A stretch of DNA of 48,610 nucleotides, taken from assembly GCA_014859725.1 (NCBI GenBank), contig JACUTQ010000002.1:1-48610 (forward strand), given 5' to 3'. The DNA comes from Methanosarcinales archaeon (GTDB taxonomy: Archaea; Halobacteriota; Methanosarcinia; Methanosarcinales; Methanocomedenaceae). Shown here in pieces: positions 40,779-48,610 of the stretch. Position 1 is the first letter of the stretch. Each line of letters begins with the position of its first letter. A model generated the notes under the pieces. That model saw only the letters and a program-made list of their open reading frames with translations, was not told the origin of the DNA and made no database searches. The position numbers and the translations under genes were made by a program.

Positions 40779-42557
40779 GTGAGGATCGCTATTGTAAATA
40801 AGGACAGGTGCCAGTTCAAGAAGTGCAACCTGGAATGTATACACTTTTGTCCCAGGGTGCGGACCGGAGATGAAACTATAGTCCAGGGTGAGGATGGCAA
40901 AGCTGTTATTTCTGAAGAATTATGTGTAGGCTGTGGGATCTGCATTAAGAAATGTCCCTTCCATTCTATTATGATAATAGGGCTGCCAGAGGAATTAGAC
41001 GATCCCATCCACAGATACGGCCAGAATGGTTTCGCTCTTTACGGCCTGCCCACCCCTGTAAAAGGTAAAGTGACCGGTATCCTGGGTCAAAATGGTATTG
41101 GTAAGTCCACAACTGTGAATATTTTGAGTGGAAATCTTATGCCCAATCTGGGTAAGCCTGATACAACCTGGGATGAGATACTGGATATTTATTCCTCCAC
41201 AGGATTGTATGAATATATGAAAACCCTATCAGAGGGCGCGATAAAAGCCTCACATAAACCTCAATATGTGGATAATATACCAAAAGTCGTCAAAGGCACG
41301 GTCTCCAGATTGTTGGATAGGACTGATGAACGGGGGATTATGGATGAAACAGTTGACAAACTTGAGATTATCCATATACTGGATCGGGATATCAGCGATC
41401 TCTCAGGTGGAGAACTTCAAAGGGTGGCATTGGCTGCCTGTGTCAACCGCGATGCAGATTTCTATTTTATAGACGAGGTCAGCCCGTATCTGGACATCTA
41501 CCAGAGAATCAATGCAGCCAGGATTGTCCAGGAACTGGCTCATGATAGTGCAGTGATGGTGATTGAACATGACCTGGCACTATTGGATCTGCTTGCAGAT
41601 ACTGTTCATATAACATATGGTATCCCAGGCGGATATGGTGTGACCACCCATCCCAAAGGTGTTAGGGTGGGCATTAACGAATACCTGAAAGGTTTCCTGC
41701 CTGAAGAGAACATCCGCCTACGTACAGAGGCTATTGAATTCGAGGAACATCCACCAAGAGAGCAGAAGGATATTCCTACTCTATTGGAATTCCATCGATT
41801 TACAAAAAAATATGGAGACAATGGATTCGAACTGATTGTTGGTAGTGATACGCTCGGGAATGAGATCAAACACGGCGAAGTAATTGGGATCGTAGGGCCT
41901 AACGGCATTGGTAAGTCCACGTTTGTAAAGATGCTGGCAGGAGCGGAAACACCCACCACGGGTAAACTTGAGACAAATCTTACCATTTCCTATAAACCCC
42001 AGTACTTAACAGGGGATTATCCATTAAAGGTCAGGGATTTTTTGCGCAGTATCAATACGAAATTTGATGCCAGTTATTACCAGACTGAGATAATTAAACC
42101 CTTACAGTTGGATGGATTGCTGGACCGGATGCTGCCTGAACTATCAGGCGGTGAGCTCCAGCGTGTAGCTATTGCAGGTTGCTTAGGTAAGACTGCAAAT
42201 ATGTATATTTTTGATGAGCCCAGTGCACACCTGGATGTAGAACAAAGGGCCATGGCCACAAAAGTGATCCGACGGTTCGCTGAGAACAATAACGTGACTG
42301 CCATGGTAGTGGATCATGACATTTATATGATCGATATGCTGGCCGAGAGGCTTATGGTATTTATGGGCCAACCTGCAATAAGAGGCGAGATACACGGCCC
42401 GTTCAATATGCGTCAGGGCATGAACCATTTTCTGAAAAATATTAATATTACATTCAGACGGGATGAAGAGACACGCAGGCCCAGGGTGAACAAACCGGAT
42501 TCAAAACTTGATAGAGAGCAAAAATCTCTGGGTGAATATTATTATTCATTGCAATGA
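40779..42557 (+). CDS. rli: Ribosome recycling ATPase ABCE1/Rli1
   Basis: N-terminal Fe-S domain (CQFKKCNLECIHFCP, CVGCGICIKKCP), two ABC cassettes, RPRVNK.DSKLDREQK. Confidence 0.97.
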   Translation: MRIAIVNKDRCQFKKCNLECIHFCPRVRTGDETIVQGEDGKAVISEELCVGCGICIKKCPFHSIMIIGLPEELDDPIHRYGQNGFALYGLPTPVKGKVTGILGQNGIGKSTTVNILSGNLMPNLGKPDTTWDEILDIYSSTGLYEYMKTLSEGAIKASHKPQYVDNIPKVVKGTVSRLLDRTDERGIMDETVDKLEIIHILDRDISDLSGGELQRVALAACVNRDADFYFIDEVSPYLDIYQRINAARIVQELAHDSAVMVIEHDLALLDLLADTVHITYGIPGGYGVTTHPKGVRVGINEYLKGFLPEENIRLRTEAIEFEEHPPREQKDIPTLLEFHRFTKKYGDNGFELIVGSDTLGNEIKHGEVIGIVGPNGIGKSTFVKMLAGAETPTTGKLETNLTISYKPQYLTGDYPLKVRDFLRSINTKFDASYYQTEIIKPLQLDGLLDRMLPELSGGELQRVAIAGCLGKTANMYIFDEPSAHLDVEQRAMATKVIRRFAENNNVTAMVVDHDIYMIDMLAERLMVFMGQPAIRGEIHGPFNMRQGMNHFLKNINITFRRDEETRRPRVNKPDSKLDREQKSLGEYYYSLQ

Positions 42558-43619
42558 TCGGATAGCATATTTCTCGCAATCCTCTTTGCAAGGGCCATTA
42601 TAGTTAGTATTGGGGGGCCACCGGTAGACTCAGGCAATAAGGAAGCGTCAGTTATATAAAGACCTTCAATTTCGGTTTCAAGTTCCGGAGCCCTCACAAA
42701 TCCGCCAATTCTTGCAGTCCCTCCCGGGTGTGCACCCCTTGGGTTCGTGCAGACAATGCTTGATGGATTGACTCCTGCTTCTTCTAATATCTCAGAAGCA
42801 GCCCGGACCCCATCTGAAAGGGTAATAAAATCATTTTCTGTCAGGTATTTGACTATAGTTCCATCACTTTTTACTTCACCTTGGTTTTCATCTCCTATTT
42901 TCACCATTATTCCAATTACATCCTCTTCTTTGACTTTTAGTCCCCTTTGCGTTAATATTTTCACTTGAAAATATATCCCTGCCATTTGCCCTTACCCCAA
43001 CCACTCTTTTGTTTTTTATTAAAACTCTATCAACTCGTGTATTTTGTTGTAGAATTAATCCGTGTTCTTCAGCTTCTGTCAAGAATTCGAGAGCATTCCA
43101 CTTTGCATTTTCAGGACAGCCCAAGGTGCATCTTCCGCACAATTTGGACTTGCACTTACTAAAGTCAATGAACTTTGGCATTGGTGTCACGTCATATCCG
43201 AGGGATTCTGCTGCTTCCAGGATTTTTTTCGTGCCCCTGCCTAAAATCCAGTCAGGGGTTTTGTTCACTTTTAGCTCATGTTCAAGGGATTCAAACTCGT
43301 GACTGAGATCAATTCCGAGTTTTTTCAATTCATCTTCTAATTTTCTCACGCAAGTTCCAGCGGTAACGAGGGTAGTGCCCCCTAGGCACGTTAGTCGTGC
43401 TATTTCTAATCCCTGCCCAGGCCAAAACGGCATTCCCTCATGTACCGGATCTTCAACAGTGGGTGTTAAATGGTTCTCGTACCGGGTATACGCCTGTTTT
43501 GTGTTCACCCTATTACCGGATTCGAGCAAGAGTATTTTGCCCTTTATTCTTCGTGACAACTCGCGTGCTATTGTTGCACCACCTGCGCCAGAACCTACTA
43601 CTATGACTTCTGAAGTCAT
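42542..43619 (-). pseudogene. GMC-family FAD oxidoreductase split at about 42950 (probable internal deletion plus frameshift)
   Basis: VVGSGAGG, LGGTT and CGRCTLGCPENAKW in the 5' frame; AHPGGTARIG and LYITDASLLP..GGPPILTIMALA in the 3' frame. The expected 'ILxAGAxxTPxIL' segment is absent. Confidence 0.8.
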
Positions 43620-43831
43620 CTTAACCTCCGGGTGTGAGGGTAGAATCCAAAGGCTATCATTTTTTGTTGTGCTTTGTTCCAAATTGAAGATTCGAACACC
43701 CATGAAATCGAAGATTTCATATGACGCACAAGAGACCTCGGACGTAGTCCCAGAGGAATCATACCATCACAACATTGCTGTAATTGACTCATATTCAGGA
43801 GGCACTCATTAATAGATATAATTAATCTCGA

Positions 43832-44902
43832 TCAACAGTTGTATTTCCTGAATGTTAATAAAGAGATAATTATGATCAGTGCAATTGTGGGTACTGCTTC
43901 AAATCCAGGAGTCCCTCTCGGTCCCGATGCCTCTTTTACTAACTGTTGTGAAGATGTAGACATCGATGCCCCCTCAGCAGTTGGCTCTATTTCAACTACG
44001 AGAAATGAACCCGACGGGATAGCATAGTCTTCAACCGCCTGAAAATATATGGTGTTCTTTCCAACCGTTAGATGCTCGGTAACGTCCCGCGTATCAATAT
44101 CCAGGTCAGGATAAGGTGTACCGTTGCAGATGCCCGACCAGTTCCTGTCATTGACATACAACATGTTCGCATCCCAGTTGCCTGACTGGACAATGGTCCA
44201 CAAGGTGGCTTTCTTTATCGGACCATGTGAAATTGTGGGGTTCATCATCTCAGTGATGGTCTGGTCAGGTGTTGTGTAGGTCGGTGTGCCGTCATCCTCT
44301 GCTTGCGAGTTGAGCATATCACTTCCTTCATTGACCCAGTATTCGATATCCTTTCCATTCACATCAGTGTATACCACGAGCAAACCAATACCATTCATGC
44401 AGAAATATGTACCATCAGGACCGATATTCTCAATGACAGCTGTATGACTGCCAGATCCGCTTACAATACTCGTAATATCATACGCCCATGTGCCGGCGGG
44501 ATAGTCATATATTCCCCACCCCTTTCTGTCACTGTACTGTTGATCCGGCTCAAGCTTTTTATTATCAAAGGTCAGTTCCATATCCGGATACGTGCCAGTT
44601 GAACCCTTGGCACTCCAGGTCCAGTAATTATAGAGCCGTGCGAACTTCACTACCCTACCTTCTGGTAACGATACGGCATAATGCACGGTATATGTTTCAC
44701 CAGTCCAAAGCTTCCCGCTGTAATAACTGTCCCCTATCGTATAATCCAATCCGCCTCTTATGGTGTCATGGCCAAAAGTTGAAAGCGGTTTATCGGCTAT
44801 ATATCCATTCACTTCCGGTTCCTGCGCTGCTGCCGTAACAGTTAGTAAGCTCAGCAATATTATGCATAAAATTATATTTCTTTTAAGTATATTTAATTCC
44901 AT
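43832..44902 (-). CDS. DUF3344-like surface protein with PGF-CTERM signal
   Basis: Signal peptide, ARLYNYWTW and YWVNEG motifs; ends TPGFE-hydrophobic-RK. Confidence 0.85.
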   Translation of the reverse strand: MELNILKRNIILCIILLSLLTVTAAAQEPEVNGYIADKPLSTFGHDTIRGGLDYTIGDSYYSGKLWTGETYTVHYAVSLPEGRVVKFARLYNYWTWSAKGSTGTYPDMELTFDNKKLEPDQQYSDRKGWGIYDYPAGTWAYDITSIVSGSGSHTAVIENIGPDGTYFCMNGIGLLVVYTDVNGKDIEYWVNEGSDMLNSQAEDDGTPTYTTPDQTITEMMNPTISHGPIKKATLWTIVQSGNWDANMLYVNDRNWSGICNGTPYPDLDIDTRDVTEHLTVGKNTIYFQAVEDYAIPSGSFLVVEIEPTAEGASMSTSSQQLVKEASGPRGTPGFEAVPTIALIIIISLLTFRKYNC

Positions 44903-44975
44903 TAACTAATTCACTCCTTTGTAGTTTTCCGGAACATGCAATGCTACATGCGCTTGAAAATATCCTCCTCTTCAA

Positions 44976-46133
44976 CTACATCTGTTTAGCCGAACGTATT
45001 TTTGCACTCATTGATATTTCCGGAGAAGCGACTTCAGCTTCTGACGCAGGGGTGGCCTCAGGAAAATTCCGGTCCAAAAAAGACACACCCTTATAAATAG
45101 CGATTACATTATCCGAATCTGTACTATTGGTGTATTCCTCTCCCCAGAGGTTCCAGGTTGCATGTGCTTGGGGCACTCGGTGTGCTCCAACCTGTTCGGG
45201 GATCATCTGATATGAAAGCACTCTTCTCTCACGGGGTGCCAGAACAAACTCCCAATCCAGATCCGGTTTGTTATCTGTTACCGTTCCATTGATCAATGTG
45301 AAAAATATCGGCAGGGCATCATCCAATCTGATCCTGACCGGTCGGGATTGGATATTTACCACACTTATGGAAGTATATACAGTCTGTCCCGGATGTGCTT
45401 CGTTTGTTGTGCTTTTAAATATTTTAATAGGCTGTGTAATCCTGACTGTGTTGGACTCTGTCAGGAAATTTCGTGTCCCGTGAGCATCGATCCAGCTCAT
45501 ATTTACCGATATGTTATAGAATCCTTTTTGCAGAGCAGCCGGGAACCTTAACTTGATATCCTCAGACCGGTATGTCCCTTCATAAAGACTAAAGCCGGAT
45601 GGCAGATCTCCTTGAATGGTCAAACCATCTGTAACAACATCAAGATGAATATCATCCATCTTTACCTCTCCAATGTTTCTGATCAGCACGGCGGCAATTA
45701 TCTGCTGATCGATCAGGTATTCATCTTTGTCTGTGGAAATACTCAGAGCCAGAGACCCTGGATTTTTCGACGATTTCTCGGTATCAAACACGATTTCAGC
45801 CCCCGGGGAATAAACACTGCCGTACATTGGTAAAATCCTCTGGTCTGTAACATTAATGCCCTTTAGCCTGATCCTGCTGTTATCCAAATAATTCCAATTT
45901 GAATCATTATTCGCCAGCACCGTATTCCCGATAAATACTCCATTGCAGGATACATTTATTCCAACCATGCCGTATCCATCGAATTCAACCACATTTATCG
46001 TATAATCTCCCTTTGAAACAGCAGGATTCTCAAGACTGAGCGTGAAGGTGGCGCTGTCCCATTCAGTGGCAGAGGCCGTTGGAAATGCAATGGTGATTAT
46101 GAAAAATGCGAGGAAAAGGATCCTTTTTATCAC
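44976..46133 (-). CDS. Secreted Ig-like/BatD-like surface protein
   Basis: Signal peptide after the GTG start (GTGA overlap); 'LSISTDKDEY..IRNIGE' beta-sandwich pattern; no C-terminal anchor. Confidence 0.7.
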   Translation of the reverse strand: MIKRILFLAFFIITIAFPTASATEWDSATFTLSLENPAVSKGDYTINVVEFDGYGMVGINVSCNGVFIGNTVLANNDSNWNYLDNSRIRLKGINVTDQRILPMYGSVYSPGAEIVFDTEKSSKNPGSLALSISTDKDEYLIDQQIIAAVLIRNIGEVKMDDIHLDVVTDGLTIQGDLPSGFSLYEGTYRSEDIKLRFPAALQKGFYNISVNMSWIDAHGTRNFLTESNTVRITQPIKIFKSTTNEAHPGQTVYTSISVVNIQSRPVRIRLDDALPIFFTLINGTVTDNKPDLDWEFVLAPRERRVLSYQMIPEQVGAHRVPQAHATWNLWGEEYTNSTDSDNVIAIYKGVSFLDRNFPEATPASEAEVASPEISMSAKIRSAKQM

Positions 46134-47797
46134 TTCGATCCCCTCCTCCACAAATATAAGGCGGCTATTGATACAATGAAAATTATTACTGCAGGCCCTG
46201 AAAATAATCCCCTGGTCTTATCAACAGGAGATTCGACAACTGAAGTGTCTGTATTAATAATACTCCCTCTTCCCTCAGATGGTATGCCGCCCGATTCCCT
46301 GTTCTGTTGTACCAGTGATTTTACCACAACGAATTCTGTTGCTGAATTATTTGCACCATCTACTGCACTTACAATAATCTTATTGTATCCATAATACAGT
46401 GAAACCGGTGCACTCCACCCGGAACCTGAGACAACAGCTGCCACTTCGTTTACCAGAACTGTGATATTCCTGCTTGTATCCTCAATAGTTCCGCTGACTG
46501 TAATAACATCCGTTTCTACAATTTCCCCATCTTCGGGTTGGTCGATTTCAATTTCGGGAGGTGTGAAATCAATGACATTCAAAATCAGGGGCGTGTTATT
46601 ATTATTTGACTCGCACAGCTCTGTTTTTCTATCATTGGGATCAGCATAGACCCACAGTATATATTCACCATCACTGTCCGGTTTCCAGTTAAAATCAATG
46701 CTTCTGTTCCTGCCTGCGGCCAATGATGATATGGAAGCTGTGGACACAATTTCATTGTCTGCATATAGAGCTGCCTGGAAACCATAAGCTGGATATTCAC
46801 CGATGTTTTCTATGGTGGCAGTAATGGTATTGCTGTTGCCTGCATACAGAATAGGAACTTTAACACTGGAAACCGTAAGATCCGTATCTCCTTCTTCTTC
46901 TGTGTGCAAGGTCAGCACAGCCAGCACAGGATGTAAATTGCCTTCTTCAACCCGTTCGAACCTTGCCTCATTTGCTTCTTTTTCGAGATAGTCTATTACA
47001 TCAAAGGTTTTGAAATCGAAATAATCCATAGAGTTTGCCATAGAGTTTGCTATGTCGTCACAGTTGTCTCCATCACATAATTTTTCATCGTTGAAATAGA
47101 GATAGTCGTTCTCGTAAGGTGAACCTGTAAGATAAATTGCTGTAAGTCTGGCAACAGGGAACTTATCCACATCTACTGAACCGGTAAATTTTGCTAATGC
47201 TTCATCATTCGTGTCATGCAGATTCACATTCCCTTCATTAATCCAGTATTTTACCTCCTCTCCCTCCGATGCTTCGTATACTGCCACAAGCATTATCCCA
47301 TACACCCTGCCGTCAAAGCCGGTACTGATTTCCTCAGTGGTTGCTGTTGCAGTCAGGGAGTCTTTGGTGGTCAGGGAAGTAATATCATAGTTCACCCAGT
47401 AGACACCATTACCGGCACACCATACATCTGGATTCGAATCTGATGACCCCTCAAGGATGAGAGTGCCAAGATCATCCCCATTGAATGTGGTCTGCAATGT
47501 GCCGCTGTATGTCTGTTTGCCTCCCCATACTCCCACATACAGTCTTGCCCATGTTACATTACCTTCAGGGACATTAAAAGACTGGGTATAAGGAGCATTT
47601 TTATCGGGTAATCCATGGCCGCCATCCACATATACGCCACCTTTGACAATACCTTGTTTGACTCCATCAAGCTTATCAGTAGATGGATAACCGTCGAAGT
47701 TATATTCTGCCAATGCCTGATGAACAGATAATAGCTGCAGCACAGCTATCACGATGATTACAAGATATTTGTGCAGCTTTAATTTTCTAATTGTCAC
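46130..47797 (-). CDS. DUF3344 + CARDB + Ig-like surface protein with C-terminal TM anchor
   Basis: ARLYVGVWGG and YWINEG motifs; CARDB 'DLTVSS..TITATIENIG...ESNNN'; 'DFTPPEIEIDQP' Ig domain; TM helix plus RR tail. Confidence 0.85.
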   Translation of the reverse strand: MTIRKLKLHKYLVIIVIAVLQLLSVHQALAEYNFDGYPSTDKLDGVKQGIVKGGVYVDGGHGLPDKNAPYTQSFNVPEGNVTWARLYVGVWGGKQTYSGTLQTTFNGDDLGTLILEGSSDSNPDVWCAGNGVYWVNYDITSLTTKDSLTATATTEEISTGFDGRVYGIMLVAVYEASEGEEVKYWINEGNVNLHDTNDEALAKFTGSVDVDKFPVARLTAIYLTGSPYENDYLYFNDEKLCDGDNCDDIANSMANSMDYFDFKTFDVIDYLEKEANEARFERVEEGNLHPVLAVLTLHTEEEGDTDLTVSSVKVPILYAGNSNTITATIENIGEYPAYGFQAALYADNEIVSTASISSLAAGRNRSIDFNWKPDSDGEYILWVYADPNDRKTELCESNNNNTPLILNVIDFTPPEIEIDQPEDGEIVETDVITVSGTIEDTSRNITVLVNEVAAVVSGSGWSAPVSLYYGYNKIIVSAVDGANNSATEFVVVKSLVQQNRESGGIPSEGRGSIINTDTSVVESPVDKTRGLFSGPAVIIFIVSIAALYLWRRGSK

Positions 47798-48273
47798 TTG
47801 CTTTTCCTTTTTTTAATGCGGTAGAACACTCCCACACCAGTGATTATTAATATTATCAATATGGCTAGTATAATTCCTGAATTTGATACGTTGGCATGAA
47901 CTGGTACCTTGATGCCATGACCTATACCAATATCTAAAGATGTGGAGGAAACAGCCACATACGCCATGAAATTGAAATCCCCTATAACAGAAATCGGTGG
48001 CTTTAATGTTAAAATCACCTCTTGGTTCTCATTTGCACTTAATGTGAAGTTATCGGGCGAGATATCAAACCATTCAGCATAATCTTTATCCACATATACT
48101 TTATAGTCTGAAATTTCGGTGCCGGTATTGAACACGAACAGCGATTTAGTATCTGAACCCCCGATCTGCGCACTGAAGTTCAAATTACCAGGAGTGACGC
48201 CTACCCCGGAAGCTGATACCATTTGTGTAAGCACCAAATAAAGCATGATATACATCAACATCTTTATTAACAT
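47794..48273 (-). CDS. Small Ig-fold membrane-anchored surface protein
   Basis: Signal peptide, GVGVTPGNLNF..VFNTG, C-terminal TM helix plus KKRK. Confidence 0.75.
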   Translation of the reverse strand: MLIKMLMYIMLYLVLTQMVSASGVGVTPGNLNFSAQIGGSDTKSLFVFNTGTEISDYKVYVDKDYAEWFDISPDNFTLSANENQEVILTLKPPISVIGDFNFMAYVAVSSTSLDIGIGHGIKVPVHANVSNSGIILAILIILIITGVGVFYRIKKRKSK

Positions 48274-48306
48274 TTAAAATTCCATCATAATTTTGTTTGA
48301 CCTATC

Positions 48307-48594
48307 TTATCTTATCATTTCTTTTTCCGCAATAGTTGCATTGTGATCAACAAGCCCAGCAAACCTGCAAGTAAACTGAAACCCTGGAATACCCTTATTA
48401 TCTTCCCCGGACGACCCATTAGTCTCGTCTGCAATTTCTGTGGATTCGGCAACAACACCTTCTCCATATGCTTCTCCTCCAGATACCGTTGCAACGCTTG
48501 TGGCAGAATCATCTGCGGCTTTTGTTGCAGTGGGATTAACAGTGGAACGCATCAAAAGAAAAAGCACACAAAATGATATTGTTAATGTTTTCAT
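48307..48594 (-). pseudogene. Degenerate PGF-CTERM surface protein gene
   Basis: Signal-like MKTLTISFCVLFLL joined directly to an S/T/E-rich linker and IPGF; the TM and basic tail SLLAGLLGLLITMQLLRKKK is in a different frame. Confidence 0.7.
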
Positions 48595-48610
48595 ATTCGC
48601 ATCAGCAAAA

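Noticed and set aside
43702..43720. Hairpin ATGAAATC-GAA-GATTTCAT as a MITE or REP element
   Set aside because: Only one copy was seen in the window, with no flanking duplication; it cannot be supported without a genome-wide search.
44903..44978. Pyrrolysine readthrough of the TAG ending ORF 44976..46133
   Set aside because: The downstream frame gives a short non-anchor peptide and does not fuse with the next gene; no pyl genes are in the window.

Overview
Archaeal chromosomal segment whose gene content points to Methanosarcinales (mer next to an fpoF-like gene, archaeosortase A with psd/pssA, a ccmF pair, DUF1699, DUF3344/PGF-CTERM proteins). An ANME-2-like lineage is plausible but not proven. 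The window opens inside a minus-strand group II intron: its 5' end, domains I-IVa and the start of the RT/maturase ORF are visible, and it sits in an ATCCGTG repeat with a 6-nt EBS1/IBS1 match. Most of the rest is housekeeping or metabolic: dut, uppS, artA-psd-pssA, nfi, mer-fpoF-nadM, thrS, tRNA-Pro(TGG), cbiMNQO, cupin-type pgi, ccmF1/F2, MA1821/MA1822-type homocysteine synthesis, pckG, a HerA-like ATPase, pgk, argB and rli. Points worth a second look: two candidate small RNAs (a three-hairpin sRNA162-like RNA and a stem-closed C/U-rich anti-Shine-Dalgarno-like RNA), a perfect 16-bp inverted repeat over the cbi promoter, a CbiO with a long extra C-terminal domain, a Cys-rich insertion in FpoF, an apparent ATT start codon for psd, and six broken genes, several with internal deletions. 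All family assignments come from motif recognition and recall; no searches were run.
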